NCBI RefSeq assembly: GCF_009914755.1
Contig: NC_060929.1
Reading direction: 5' to 3' (one strand)
Length of the DNA stretch: 64,000 nt
DNA from: the human T2T-CHM13v2.0 reference genome, Homo sapiens
Shown in pieces: positions 14,901-32,200 of the stretch (the stretch's first letter is position 1; every line of letters starts with the position of its first letter). The notes beneath the pieces were generated by a model. It saw only the letters and a program-made list of their open reading frames with translations. It made no database searches and had not been told where the DNA came from. The translations under genes were made by a program, and so were the position numbers.

Positions 14901-15224
14901 ATTTTTCTTTTTTGTACATTTACCAACTGAATTATTTATTATGGGAACCTCATAGAGATGAGACCAATATCTTCATTTACTGATCACTTAGTAAAGCAAA
15001 ATGGAGAATAAGATAACTATATTTTTAAAAAACCTAAAATAAAATGGTCGGGTTTCAATTGTTGGGGTATTTTCATTAAAACATTTTTAGAATCTTACGA
15101 AACAGAATTATCTTCACAGTTGTCTCAAATCTGCAGTTCTCTTTGTTCACACAGATCTAGCCAGCTAATGGCATCTATTATCTCTAATTCACAGATCAGC
15201 ACAAAAATCAAATGGCTTAAAGGC

Positions 15225-15370
15225 AACACAGTATAATGGTAAGAAGAGATTAATCCAGAGTCCAGAATCATCAAACTTTTCTCATGACCTTAAGCAAATC
15301 ATGTGCTTTTCCTGGGCCTCAGTTATCTCTTCTGTGTAATGGAGAGACAGGGCTTCAGGATCTTAAAAAT
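15225..15370 (+). mobile_element. MIR SINE fragment
   Basis: tgaccttaagcaaatc...ctgggcctcagttatctcttctgtgtaatgg. Confidence 0.55.
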
Positions 15371-16580
15371 TTTTTATCATTTTAAAGGTTCATTCATATG
15401 TGTAGTTAACTGCTGTATATTCTGAATTGTATTGACTCCTAATTATAAGTGCTTATGCCTTGTGCAAGATCAAATTAATTATTTTTACCTGGAGAAAATA
15501 GTAGAATTTTGGAAATAACTAGGAGGTATAGAAATTATGCCACCAGCCTCCCACTTGATGTAGGAATCCATCTGATTGGTGGCCATTTAGTCTGTGCTTG
15601 AACACTTTAGGTGATATGTTGTATGTGCCTGAAGCAAAGTGTGCAAGTGTGGATTCTGAAGTTCTGCCTTAGACATATTAGGTCCTCCCTGATGCTCTGT
15701 GAAGTCCCTGGTCTCACCTTCTCTTGACCCCCCAAATCCCTTCCTTCATTCTTCTTCAACAATACACCTGCATATCTATCCCTGGAATTCACAGCTCAGT
15801 TCTTCTCTGCCTCTGTTATCTGGGCTCTTGGTCTCCCCTTTGACACCCCTTCTATCCTTCTTATTGTTCTTGAATAACACGAGGAGATAACATCCCTGGA
15901 CAATTCCCTTACCTCCTGTCTAGTCCACCAGTTTCTTCTGACTGTATTTATCTCTTGCCCAGCATGGGCAATCACTTCAGCGTTGCCCTTACAATTTCCT
16001 CAACGCCCACAGCATTTCTAATTATACCAGGTATACTTGAACATTTATTTATACGCCAAATACTGCATAACATAGTTGCATAATATAGAACAGCTGTGCA
16101 GGGACACAAAAAAATCAACTTGTGAAAAATTCTGTAAGGTAAGTGTACACTTTTGAGAATGAAAATGTGTATTTTACTATATTGTAACCTGACCAAGTAC
16201 ATACCACTGACCAAATCATATACCTTACTCATACAGAATAATACTAGCAACTTTTCCAGGTGAAAATGAGATAGTTTGCCAATTTGCTAATGTGAGATCG
16301 AAGATACTACATACATAATCTTAAATGCCTTAAAATATCAAGGGCTGCAGACATATGAGGTAACAAATATTCCCTCTGATGTGTAGAGATGTGTTATGAT
16401 TTAAGGTGAAGATGGAATATAATGATTATAGATCATGAAATGTGACCCTGAGGTATTGGAATTTTGCAAGAATAAATAAATATATCATATTTCAAATCAA
16501 CATACGTTTAATGCTAATGTAAATCATGGGCATCTTTCTTCATGTTTTACTGTTTACATGTTTTACAAAGACTTTTTTCC

Positions 16581-16910
<330 letters not shown>

Positions 16911-19149
16911 TTAATGTGAGTGGTTATATCTGGAAATCAGAGTAAAATATTAGTTCTAAGAGGTGAATGATCTCTGTTAGAGATCATTCATTCCATAAGT
17001 GAGGAAATTGAGACCCGAAGGGGCAAAAATCACTTTTCCAAAGTGACACAGCTCTGGTGGAGCCATGTCAAGAGCCTGGTTTCAAGGTCAAGGTACTTTT
17101 CCCAGTGATTTTCGAACTGTCTTTCTGGGAGCCTTAGAGGTCTCTGGAGGTGCCTTCAGGCCACTTTAGGGAAGATAGTTGATTGTTTCTCACTTTCTTC
17201 AACTAGAACCACACTACTTTTGAGTGTTTTATATATTGTGATTTCATTTAAAGATTTGAATTACAGAAAAGCATCCTAGTGTTAAAATATATACATTTAA
17301 AAAAATTGGTAACCATGCCTAACTCATCCAAATGTTGATTAGAAGTTTTTTCCCTGTAGTCATTACTCAATATTAGTATGAAGTTCTAAATTATTTGCAC
17401 TTCTTATATTTTTGTTTAAATTGGTTCTTTAAGTAAATGCATCATAAGTGGTTTTCACAGATTAAGATGCAGCAAAGAAAATTGAATAAAACTCTCTCTT
17501 TGCTATCTTCATAATCAGCCAGCAGGCTACTTATTGATTTCACAATAAAAAGAAATAAAATATGGTAGAGGCCATGAGATGAAATAAAAACCAAGCAGGT
17601 TTAGGTTTCTATAAACTCACCCAGCACTCACTTGGTGGGAGCATGATGTATTGTGTATAAATGGCTAGAAGACTATCAGATTCATACTCCTGTGTAGCAG
17701 GAACATTGATTTCCACAGCTCTATTCCTTCTCAAGAATTTTTTCCCCCAGGAACACAAATGTTGATGGATATCAGGTTAATAACAGCATACATTTCCCTA
17801 AGTTTTCTTGCATGTTACTATAAATAGCAAGACTCCCCTTTCAAACATTATGATGATAGTAGCTATCCATGTCTTCCTTGGGTCATTTTAGTCCCCATGA
17901 GCTTTCTGATTTTCTAGTTAGCTGATGTTTGTGAAGTTAGACTATTTAGTGACTAAAATTTTTTATTGATGATGTGTTTTCCTTAAATTCTAAAAAGGAT
18001 TTGATCACCAAATAAATTTGAATAGACTGCTAAAATAACATCCAAGCATGCACATTTTTCGAAGAGGTTGTTTTCTCCTTTGGGATAAACCTAGTTTGCA
18101 CAATGCTAATTCACAAACATTTTGGATTTCAGTTACGGACCTCTTTCCTGTGTAAGAGAAGTTAAGTTTAATGAAAATGCAAGCATATCTCAAAAATACC
18201 AGAAACATGGATTTCTCTTAAAAAAAAAAAAACCATACCTTTTTCAAACTTTCACAGAAAGTTAAGATTATCTGAGCTATAATTTCACTCTTTTGGCACT
18301 TTAATAGGCATATAGCTTTCCTTAATCCAGTTGTTTCCCTTCACTACCTGTGGTGATGTGGTTGCACTATTACATGCCAAAGATGTGCACTAAACTGGCA
18401 ATAATGTCTCTAAACTAATCCAGCAAGAGGAGAAAAGTGATTAGAAAGGAGACAGTTCCCAATGGAAGATGGATAAGCTATTTCTAGAAACTACTATTAC
18501 TACTGAAAAAACTAATTGCTTTCGTCTCGTTTGGGAATATTTCCTCCAGTTCAAGAAGGAGAAAGTGTGAAGAAACCTCACCTTGCTTCCGCTAATAATG
18601 CTTCTTCCTTGAAATTGCAGAGAGCCTTGGTCTCCAAAGCAACTTTTTGAGACAATAGACTATCTGTGCTTAAGAGAAGAAAGATTAGAGTGTTTCTGTG
18701 TTTTTGAGTGATTAGATCAGTAACTCATTTGTTCATTTAATAAGTATTTATACTGTGCCTGCTATGTGGCAGGCACTGTGCTATACAAAAATAGCTAAGA
18801 TAAAGTCTCTTTACTGGATGAGTTTACATATTAATTCTACTATGACTCCAGTAATAATAGATAATAAGAAAAATGACTATGGAAGTCCCAGGAGAAGGAG
18901 CACCTTTATATATCACTCTGGTGTCTTTTAGGGCTTTGCAAAATTTGTTTTCAGCCAGGTCTACCATAACTTACATTGTTTTTGCTTTTTAGGCTAATAA
19001 TTTATTATGGATATGGCAAATACATTATATATTTTAAGTTCTCTAAAGTTCAATGTAATATACTAAAAATGCATCATGAGATCTGGGGATTTTGGGCCTG
19101 AAGATGGAAAACAAGAGCCTCACAGTTCTCTAAGTTACTGTTCTTCTTG

Positions 19150-19360
19150 GCATGGTATTATGGAAAGAACATAGGATTTGATCTAAATCCAAGTTCTTCC
19201 AGTCATTAATTGAATTAGTAAGAGCAATCACTTAGTTTTCCCCAGTGTTGGTGTCCTTATCTGTAAAGCAGAGCTAAAAATAATATCTGCCTTGTGAGGT
19301 TGTGAGAAGCAATCGAACTAATATGTGTGAAAGCACTCTGCAGAATTTAAGGTTCAATAA
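19150..19360 (+). mobile_element. MIR SINE
   Basis: cttatctgtaaagcagag...gttgtgagaagcaatcgaactaatatgtgtgaaagcactct. Confidence 0.55.
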
Positions 19361-19719
19361 AAAATTGCTTTCTTAGAGCAAACATACAACGATGTCCATT
19401 CATCAACATGGCAACAATATCGTTGTATTCATAGTATCAACCTTTCCAATAGAGCACTTGTCAGAATCCCTAATTGCAAATGACTGCAGTGCTGTGAGTA
19501 TTCTTGGTAATGGCCACAGGGCTAGTTAACACTTTTAAGTAATAATTATTAGATTTCACAGAAAGAAATTTCTATTTCTTTTCATGAGGAGGTTACCAAC
19601 TATTTAAAATGTACATAACACTGGATTAATATACTACAAATGCAAGCTGAAGGAGAATCATCTCCAGGATGACGTGACACGGTAATAAAAACTTTTGTCC
19701 TGAAAGGAAAGGAATTGTA

Positions 19720-20280
19720 CTGGTTGAGATGTTTTGGGTTGCAAATATCCAAAGACGCAATCAACATTGGTTTAATTCTAAAATATATTTATTTTTTATT
19801 TAGCAGGAGTCTAGGGCTTGTTAAGTAGCTTAACAATATCAGGGCTCTGGGTCGGCATCTTTGTCATTATCTTCATCTTCTGTCATGCTTGTCACCTCAT
19901 GGGTAACAATACAATATACGCATTTCAGCTCCAGGCCCTGACATCAATGTCTCAGACAGAAGAGGAATGAAAGGGGCACCCTACAAAAAAACCTCCTTAA
20001 ATATGTACCTATTCCTTTTGTCAGAAACCAAAATATTACCCAGAAAGACCCTTGAGAGTTGCTGTAAACTGGTTGGTCAAAACTGAGTCATGTGGCCACC
20101 ACTAACTGCATGGGAAGCTGGGAAAACAAATATCCAGCAAGAGGGATTATGGCTATACCGTTAGGGTCTTAAACATCATGATTTATTTCCAGGGCCTAGG
20201 CACATTGTAACCAAACAAAATCAAGGTTTTAATAATTAGGATAAAGAAGGGTGAAGGAAAACTATTGGATAACTGCCTAA
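19720..20280. mobile_element. MLT1 (MaLR) LTR, old subfamily
   Basis: ttggtcaaaactgagtcatgtggccaccactaactgcatgggaagctgggaaa is a typical MLT1 motif. Confidence 0.55.
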
Positions 20281-21717
20281 TGGTGTCCTTCTGAGATATT
20301 TTGTATGTGTGTAAATATAGATAATAAGCCAGACCGTATAAAAAAGAAATATTGTCCTTGCTCTTTAGAAGAGAGATTCTAAAAGCTATAGCCTTAATTG
20401 TAAGGTTCTCATAAAGAAAGCCTAGTAGGGCAGCAAATACAGTATTATATATGATAGCTAAATGTACCTGAGTAAAAGCCAGTTGCCTCATATCTCCTCT
20501 GAAGCACAATTACCCTATGACACGGTGGTTGCTTTCTTTCTGGAGAAGTACTGATCCTTTGAAATGGTTATTTTCATGTTTTGGCCAACAAGTTCTTATC
20601 CATCCAAGTATGAGTTCTGTGATTAATTACAGAGTATATAGCTCTTGTCAACCCATCAGCCTTTTCTCTGAAGCCACTTAAAAATTTGGTTTTTAACCTA
20701 GACTGAGCTTTTATAATACAAGCAGAAACAGTTAAGAACCAACTCATACCTGCTAACTCCAGTGAGGGCTGTTGTAATTTGTCCCCATTCATGTTATATT
20801 TCATTGATAGCTGACATTATACTGCCCTCTCTTCCATTAAAATTAGATGTAAGTTGTGATAAACTGCATTTTTATAAATGCCATCTCTTCAGCCCCTGCC
20901 GGATCTAGCTAGAGACACAGCATCTCATGATTCCACCGAATAGCTTCTGAGATGGAATGTTAGTTTCAGACAGAACACTAGCTGAGGAACAGTCTAGGAA
21001 GATGACGATGTGTGTTAGTTCAGACTTTGGATTCCTAATAAATGTTAGAGAGTCATCAGTCCTAAGGATGACCTCTCTCAGCGGTTAAAATAAAAAACTT
21101 TGCATTTTACTCCCTCACAATTTTAATAAATTACAGTAATATTTTTGTTACACAAAATGGATGAAATGAGCCCATTGACAAAACAAACAAGACATATATT
21201 CAAAAGAATAAGTTCATACAATTACAACTTTTCCCCTGTCCTCCTCCTATTTAGCTTATGCCATCTCTCAGTCTGGTTTCAGATATTAGTAAGTAACGAG
21301 ATAATACACAGGAAACGAATAGCCCCTCCTCTGTCCTGTAAATCATAAAAGTCATTTACAGGAGCTGAGTGAATGGAGAGAGAGGTCTATGGCAAAAGAA
21401 TTGAGCCTTAATGGCCCCTCAAGAGCTATAACTGTCTAGTCTCTCTACTAGTCTCTCTCTCTCCCCCCAATCTCTTCTTTCTCAGTATCTTCCCACCCTC
21501 CTTCTCTTTCCCTCTCTCTATCTTTCTCTTTAGCTCCTTGTCTCAGCTTACAAATCTCTCAAGCCGGGGAGCCTGCTGCCATACTAAGAAGTGGTTGGTC
21601 AGTGTGTTTTAAACATTGAATGAAAATTCTCCAAAGTATTTAGTCACTGCTTAGGGTAAACTTTACTTTTTATGCAATGGGGCACTTGGTGACTGATCCT
21701 TCTTGGTGGCCCCTGTG

Positions 21718-22149
<432 letters not shown>

Positions 22150-22404
22150 TAAGTTAAAAGGTCATCAAAACATTACTTTAAAGTGCATTTTCTACTTATA
22201 GTTAAATAAGACCACTGGGGTAAACTGGGATTTTTCAAAACTTCAAGATGGGTAATGGATCGCTCTATCAGCTTCTAAAGCAAGAGACACCAGGAGTTAT
22301 TCTTCTTGATTAACTTTACTACTTTCTACTACCTGCTTTTCTTCTTTCAACTTTAGGCTAGGAATGAACTCTATCACTTTTGAAAGACACCAGCAGATCA
22401 TCGC

Positions 22405-22580
22405 CATCTAAACCTTGTTTAGACATTAGAATCACCTGGGGAACCTCAAAAAAAATTGATGTTTGAGTCTCTCACAGAGATTATGACGTTATTGGTCTGA
22501 AGTAAGCTCTGGGCATCCAGATTTTAAAAAACATCCCAGGTGATTATAATATGCAACAAAAATTGAGAACCATTGATCTA
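22405..22580. mobile_element. MER5A hAT-Charlie MITE
   Basis: cattagaatcacctgggg ... cccaggtgattataatatgca...ttgagaaccattg, with inverted ends. Confidence 0.75.
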
Positions 22581-22735
22581 GTCTTAACATTTTACAGTCT
22601 CTATTAGCCTGAAGCCATGAAATATGTAACTTATTGGTGCCATTTATTCCAGGGACAGAGAACTAATTTTTGTCTTTAACACCTCCTTTTAGAGCTTCTG
22701 CTGTCCCAGAACAAACAAGGCCTATAGTAACCAAC

Positions 22736-23630
<895 letters not shown>

Positions 23631-25052
23631 CCAACATAGTACTTAAATAAAGAGGATGGATGGCAACTTTAATGGGAAATTAAAAGCAAGTTAAGCCAGA
23701 GATAACTCTTATGTGTTTATAATCTGCAGCAGATAACAGAGATAGTTGTCAAATTTTCAGCTTGTTCTAGTTCCAATTGTGCACATTCTGTTGAAGAATT
23801 CTACTGAGGCACAGGAAGACAGCATATTCCTCTTCCCAATCAGTTAACTAATTGTCTGCTATTGGTGCCTTCAGCTGCCCCTTAGAAGAAGTTGGAAGGA
23901 AAGAATGGAGAAAATAGAAGAGCTTAGATTGTAATTATAAGTCTTATGAAATTTCCATCCAAGGGCTTGAATTATCAGTGTGTAAAAGTACTCAATAAAT
24001 ATTTTGGAATGAATGAATAAATAAAATTTAAAAATGGGACTCAACTGTGACTTTTTCAGATAACTTCCAGTTTACGGAGATATAGGACAAGGCAAGAAGG
24101 GTGGAAGAAGGCATAAGAGATCCTCACGTGGCATTATCAGGATAAAGTTTGTTAATGTGTAAGTGTTCTCTTCTTCCTCACTGTAAGGTGAATACTTTGC
24201 TACCTTGGTTTCTGGATCTTTTGAGCTGCAGAATTGGGAGAGTGCATATGAAGAAAGAAGACTCAGTAGATAGGAAGGAATAAAGGAGAAGGCTATAGCC
24301 AAGGAAGTTAGGTTGATCTTAATAGAATGAAAATGGGCAGGCCATTTTGTGGGCTCTCATAGAGTGGTGTTTTAGGATTTGGTGACTAGAAGATTTTAGA
24401 ATAGCTGTGGGATGGGAGAGAATTGGAAACGAAAGGGAAGCTGATCTGGAGACACGGTTCCATAAACTGAGAATTAATTCTCCTTTGGAAGATTGAGATT
24501 AATAACAGATTTAAACAAATTCATTTTGGCATCAGGATTATGCTTCTTTAAATACAGCTCAGTTCAAAGGTAAACCGCATGCAGCTCTAGGATTTATTCA
24601 GTTTTCATGTTGAAGTCTAGAATCCTCTCTATAGCACTTTTCTCCCTTTAAATTATGTAATCTCTTAACGACTCCACACAATCCAAGTTTATTTCCCTTC
24701 TTAGAGAATGGGTTATTCTTAGGGTTTATTTTTAATTTAGAGATGGGGGTTAAGAATCACCATAAGATAAATGAAGCATCTTTTCTCATTGGTGGTTCAC
24801 ATAGTATGAATATGAGAATGCAAATTAAGCAAGAATCATTTATTCTTATAAATAAAGGTGGAAGGTAGGAGGCTAAACTTAGGTGTGCACTGGGGTTCCA
24901 GGCCCTTTATATCAATTATTTTTATTTTATTCTCATAGCAGTCATGGAAGACAGGTATTGTTTCTCTTATTTTACTTAAGGTTACATAACTATGAAGTAG
25001 TGGAATTTGAATCCACACTGTAAAATTTGCCGTTCTACTATACCCTGCATAA

Positions 25053-25390
<338 letters not shown>

Positions 25391-25434
25391 CTCTGGCCAG
25401 GTTTTTAAAATTCCATATAAGAAGTCATTGGTCT

Positions 25435-25780
<346 letters not shown>

Positions 25781-25984
25781 CTAATAAAACTATAAGTGAA
25801 TGAAAGTAATATTTGTGAAAGCCTTATGAGGAATATAGCTACTTTTCCCTCCAACAAAACATCAAGTAAACAACTATTTTTTTTTTTTCAACAAACCATT
25901 TTCCAACTCTTTCATTCTGACCATTTTGGAGGCAATGCCAGTTACTTGGTAGATCCAGAGATGATGCAAGCCATTCAGATTGTA

Positions 25985-26210
25985 GAGGAAGAGACTATCT
26001 CTATTAGCAGATGACATGATCTTGAATATAAAAAATTCTAAGGAATACACATACACAGACACACACACGGATGAGAACTAATACGTGTTCAGCAAAGTTG
26101 CAGGATATAAGATTGATATAAAAAATCAGTCATTTCTACGAACTAGCAATGAACAATTCTAAAATTAAATTAAGAAAACAATCCATTCAAAATAGTATCA
26201 AAGCAATGGA
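25985..26210 (+). mobile_element. L1M ORF2 (RT region) fragment
   Basis: gcagatgacatgatc...gttcagcaaagttgcaggatataagat matches the L1 ADDM...FSKVAGYK region, degenerate. Confidence 0.7.
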
Positions 26211-26347
26211 ACAAAAGTACTGAAAGTGTTGATTCATACGTTAATGTCAGCCAGAAGAGAGTCTTCAGTGGTACTCCACAGATCTCAGTTCCTGACTCTT
26301 GGCTAAATATTTTTGGTCAAAAATTTAAATGAAGATATAGCTAACTA

Positions 26348-26781
<434 letters not shown>

Positions 26782-27062
26782 AAGAAAAGAGAAAAGAATT
26801 TTACATTCATTTGAAATTAAGGTGAGAGTTTCAATTCACAATGTAGATTTATGTAAATTAAACTGTATGCCAAAAGTCAACAGTCCTCTTCTTTGGGACA
26901 TTATGTAAGAATCTTGAATGGACAGAAATAGTTTTTACTCTACAAAGAGTTATTACGCAAAAACTATGAGCTAGGTGCTGAACTTGACAGTGGGATGGAA
27001 AACATCTTAGTCCTGGTCTTTAACCTCAAGTTTGTCATAGTCTAGTGACAGTCTAATGAGGC

Positions 27063-27540
27063 ATAGTATGGGTCAGGGTCCCAGAAGGAAATAGATGGCA
27101 CACTCAAAAAGGTAATTTGAAGAGTACTTAATTGTGGAAACATTTATAAATGAATGGCTAAGGTTAAGAAAACCACAGATGTGATGAAACACCCAGAGAC
27201 CAGCAATATCAAGAAGTTGGTACTGGGCCAGCCTGGTGAGACCTACAGCCATGGGCCAGGGCTGCTGGAGAGGAGCTGTGGCCTTATCCAGGTTCCAGAA
27301 ATCCAGAACCTACCAAACTGTGGCCTGGCTGAGAGGAAGGTGGGAAAATAAATACCTTAACATCTTTTTCTCCCCACCTCCCCATCTCCCAACTTCCATT
27401 GGCCAAATCCACCTGGAAGCCAGAGGGCAAGGGACTGTGGTTTGGGCTGTAAGGTCCGTAGACATCAGCCCCACAGGGCACACAGCGGGATGGAGAAGGG
27501 GAGAGAGTGAACTTAGAGGGTCAAGGAGAGAATACACTAC
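27063..27540. mobile_element. Old ERVL-class LTR (LTR33/LTR41-like)
   Basis: ggtcagggtcccagaaggaaatagatggcacactcaaa...ttggccaaatccacctggaagccagagggcaaggga. Confidence 0.5.
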
Positions 27541-27827
27541 ATAGACAGGTAAAACAAATAATTACAATTATCTGTAATTGTAAAAAGACCAACAGTCCTA
27601 TATTTAAGATGGGCCTTGGAAGTTGAATGAGGGCTTGACACATTGAGATATTGATCCAGAAGGAATAGCATGTACAGACAGGGGCATAAAAGAGAGTGCC
27701 TTGCTTGGGAAAAGGTAAGAAGTTCCATGTGCACAGAGAGTTGAGTATGAAGGGTGGAGACTGCGGAAGAAGTTGTAAAACAAGGATGGAAAAAGATGTT
27801 TGGTGGGCAGGTCACCTTGTGAAGGAC

Positions 27828-28272
27828 TGTCTAAGTTAGGCTATAGGTTTAGCTGCTGTGCCAGAGATCCAAAATAACAGTGGCTTAAACACAATCAAAG
27901 TCCTCTGTCTCTCATATTTCAGGCTGAGCTCGTGGGCATCTGTGCTCTGAGAAGTCAGCAGCAGCCCAAGCTCCTTTTATCTTGCTGCTTTGCTCTCATC
28001 CCCATGGTTCAGGACAATGTCACTATGCCCACATTCTGGTCAGCAAAATGGCATACTCTTTCCTTTTATAGAAACAACCTAGAAATTGTATATGCCATTT
28101 CTGCTCCCATCTTACTGGTCAGAACTTCGTCACAAAGCCACATCTTACTGCAAGGGAAGCAAGAAAATGTAGCCTTTGATCTGAGCAAGTTACGTGCCCC
28201 GATAAAACTTGGGCTTTCTATTATTATGAGGAAGAAGACAAGGTAGTGAAGAAAACTGGCATTCTTTGCCAT
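27828..28272. mobile_element. MLT1 (MaLR) LTR
   Basis: gctgctgtgccagagatccaaaataacagtggcttaaaca...ctggtcagaacttcgtcaca...tttgccata. Confidence 0.6.
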
Positions 28273-29599
28273 AAATGTCTTATTGTTTTTTCAAGGTGAG
28301 ATCCAGCAAGTCATAAAGAGGATGGGTTCAGCGGGAGCTCGGGAATGGTAGATGAGAAGGGAGTAGTTTCTGTGTTCCAAGTGTTGGATTAGGAGTCTGC
28401 TTGAGTAAGTCGAGTGGTAGGAGATGAGATACTTAGAGAGAAGGACCTTCAAGGGCCACAGACTCCATGTCTCATATGTGGAAACCACTGGAACATCCAG
28501 AAGGCTGCTGTCACTTGATCCTGCACTGTGGCTGCTGTTGCTTTTCCCATCCCATGTATGTAATAACCAGAATAAAATGGGGACTATTCACTATGGTCAT
28601 ATTCTGATCCCTGCATGGGCTTAGAAAGGAACTTTTTTACTGCATAGGATTGCAAAACTTGGTGCTGGATGAGGGATTTACACCTTCCTTTCAAACACGG
28701 GCCACTGCTGGTAGGCATAGAACACTGGATGTGTTGATTGCTAACATGATTTATGGCAGTCTCTGTATATTCAGCTACATTCAATGACCTTTCTTCCACA
28801 GTGTCCTCTACCTTGATAAAATCACTTCATTCTATGTCAAGTCCTTTTAATCCTTTTTCAGAATCAAGTACGAAACAATTTCCAGTGCATTCAACTCTAA
28901 CTTTCTTTGCTCATTGTTTATTCCCTGAAGACCGAATAATACATTTAGAAGTTAAAAAATTGCAGGCTGCTGCTTTGTACACAGTATCTTTAACTTTTTT
29001 GTCCAGGTTTTCAGTCTGGCCTCAAATGAACCTTTCTTTTTTTCATTTTTTATACGTAACATTTAGCTCTCCAGAGTTAATCACTTGTGTCTTCAATTAA
29101 TCATTTACGTCCCCCAAATCATGTGGAATCGTCTAATTGGGCACATGAGGGTACGACTGTACATGCAAGAAAGAATGGTAATGAAGCAGTTATGCATAAA
29201 AGTAGTATTTCCAAAAAGGGAGGTAACATAAGAAAGTACCTAGAACTTTGGCCTCTGGTGGATGCATCCATGCATCCATCCATCCATCCATTATTCATTC
29301 AAAATTGTGTTCAAAAACCTTGCAGTCAATCTCTAGAGAACCTACCAGGGTTCAAAGATTATTATCAGATGTTTCCAGTTCTTGAAGAGTTTCTATGTCA
29401 TAACTGGAGCAGACTCAGTTTTGAGGCATGGCTGAGAATAAATGAAGGAAGGGGGATTACGCACCAACTGTGTCTTAACTACTATGCAAAATATCACAGA
29501 TTTGTAGTAGAAGAAAGATGCATAGATAACTGTATCCCTGTGTCATCCATGCTATTAGATTGGTGTAAAAGGCATTGTGGTTTAATACTACATAATAAA

Positions 29600-30390
29600 T
29601 ATAATAAAACTAGGAGCCCAGAGAGGGGACAAGTTGACTCTGCCTGGGATGGAGGAGGAAAGCTTTTCAGAGGAGCCCAAGTTTCACCTGGGTGCTGATG
29701 GCTAATCATGAGTTGCTCAGATAGAATGGTAGAGAAGACACTGTAGGTGAAAAGAGCAGTGTGCACAGAAGCATAGAGATGGAAGATGCAGGGCAGTTTT
29801 GGTCAATGTCAAGGGTTCCGTGTGTCTGGCTTGTAGGTCGCGGGAGATGAATGCTAAGAGGAAAGAGTAGAGAGGTGGGTTGGGATTTTGTATGCCAACC
29901 TGAGGCATTTTAATTGTATTCTGTAGGTAAGGGGGAGCTATTGAATGTTTATAAGCATGAGAGTAACATGATCAGATTTATGTTTTGGAAAGATGGCTGG
30001 AGAAAATAAAGGGGGAAAGAAACTGAATTCATTATTTTTGTCTAGCAAATACTTATTGAGTACCTACTATGAGCCAGGAATCTTCTAGGGGCTAGGCATA
30101 CAGCATTGAATAAAACTGGCAAAAACTTTTGCCTTCACGCAGCTTCAAGTGGTGGAGGGAGACAGTTTATAAACAAAAATATATAATCATTCAGGTGGTC
30201 ATAAGTGCTATGGAGAAAATGAAGCAGGGAGGGAAGATAGAAATAGGCTTTGCCCCTATGTAACCTCCCACTGAGAAGGAAGGGAACATTTGGGCAAAGA
30301 CCTGAAGGAGATGAAAGGGCAAGCCACGTACACATCTGTGGGAAGAACATTTTAGGCAGAAGGAATTGCAAACATAAAGTCCTCAGTGTA
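29600..30390 (-). mobile_element. L2 LINE fragments
   Basis: gcaaatacttattgagtacctactatgagccagg and acatgatcagatttatgttttggaaagat are antisense L2 motifs. Confidence 0.7.
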
Positions 30391-31689
30391 TTATGAGAGC
30401 TCTGCAAACCCCAAGGTGACAAAAGAGACGGATTAAAGACTTGAATTCCTATGTTTATACAAAGGGGCATTGAGCCAAAGAAATACTGATCACCTTTTAT
30501 ATATCATTCAGAACTTCCAGTCATTTGTTTAAAAGTATTTGAGTATGACAGGCTAGAACAAGATTTTCTTTCATAGGTCATTGTTGGGCCAGAATTTTGG
30601 AGAGAGGTAACTGTGTTTTCTCCTATCACCATAGACCAGCAGTTTTTCATTTAAGCAGTAAAGTCCAGTTATTATTCTGAAGCCAACAAAATGTAGTTCT
30701 TTGTCTCATTGTAGTTTTAAGCCATTTGTTTCATTTTTAGATGCTCAAAATCTTACTTGATGGCCACATTTAAGGGAAATTGCCTCCAAACATAAGAAAT
30801 ACACTGGCTTGGATGGCACACGTGGAAATTAGCAAGATGAGTGGAATTGGGAATGTGTCTGCTGATCATGATCTAGCTGAGTGTACTGCACACACAAGAG
30901 ATAAAAATGAAGCCAGAATCTGGAATGAGATCATTAGTGTATACCATCCTGGTACTGTAGTCAGACCACACACATATTTAATGCACTGAACCCACCTTGA
31001 AATGCCCTCAGCCTTAAGGGAACAAAGTACTAGAAAAAATAAGGGGGAGGGAAGGATGCTGAGTGATCCATAATGCTGTCAGTGTCACAATCCATCCTGA
31101 ACAGCAGAATAAAGTTAATAGGGAAAGTTCTTTAGTGCTTGTTCAGCTGCCTGCCACCCAACTCTGTGGCAGAAAAGCAAGGAGGAAATATATACATCAT
31201 TATAGAATGTATCAATAATAAATTATAGAAAAGCCTTTCATATAAGGAGTAGTTCCCTGTATTTATTTGAAGTCTCAAGCATTAGGATTGTGTATTTGAC
31301 CACTAACTGCCAAAAATGTAGACACAATCTTAAATAATTTTTAAAGACTATTGATATTTTAGTAATAAATTAGATTAACAATGTGAGTCAAAACTGTTGA
31401 AGACAGAAATTGTAAAATGTCAAGAGAAAGAAATAATATTTTTCCTTGTGTCCAATAAATAAAAATTGCCTTGGAATAAACACTAACCCTATTTATAGCA
31501 TACATAAGAAGCATCTCTGGAAGTCAAATAGTCTATCTGAATTATGTTTCGGCTCAGAGAATTTCATGGTTAGAGTAGAACATTTTCATTCCAAATCTAT
31601 GTATCTTTTAGTTCCTAAAAATATTTCCTAAACTCTTCCAGCATTACACTACTTGGTTCTAGAGTCAAAAACTCGTATAATTCAACTAA

Positions 31690-32200
31690 CAGCTATCAAA
31701 CATTTATTTAAAGGTCAAACACCTTCTATGTGCAAGGTGCTGACTAGGCAAGGTACTGGAGGAAATTCAAATTGAGTAAAACTTAGTACCTGCCCCCAAG
31801 GAGGGTAAGGAGGTCGGCAAAAAGTCAGCACAAAGGGTCAGAATATGCTCAGCGGGGTTCAAAGGAGGGAGATGACCATGGGTTAAAGAAGTCAAAGAAG
31901 GCTTCAAGGAAAAGTGATGTCAGATTTTAATAGGCAAAAATGGGGTTGTTTTGAGTGGGATTGGGCAGGCAATTCGGGTAAAAACAAGGGCGTATCTGAG
32001 AAGAGCGGTTCCCATTTTGCTGGAGTATGATGTATCCGTATGAGAGTCGTAAGACAGAGCTAGGAAGGTGGACTGCAGGCATGGAGTCTCTGGGCTCAGA
32101 TGTCAGCCTGAGGAGTCAGGACTAGATTCAGCCAACAGTGGGACTCCACCAAAGTCGATGTGACATGATGTGACATGACGCTGCTCTATTTATGCTCTGA
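31690..32200 (-). mobile_element. L2 LINE fragment
   Basis: aacatttatt...ctatgtgcaaggtgctg...gtcaaagaaggcttc. Confidence 0.5.

Noticed and set aside
29087-29698. 203-aa ORF
   Set aside because: Non-ATG start, overlaps degenerate L2/simple repeat sequence, and has no recognisable domain.
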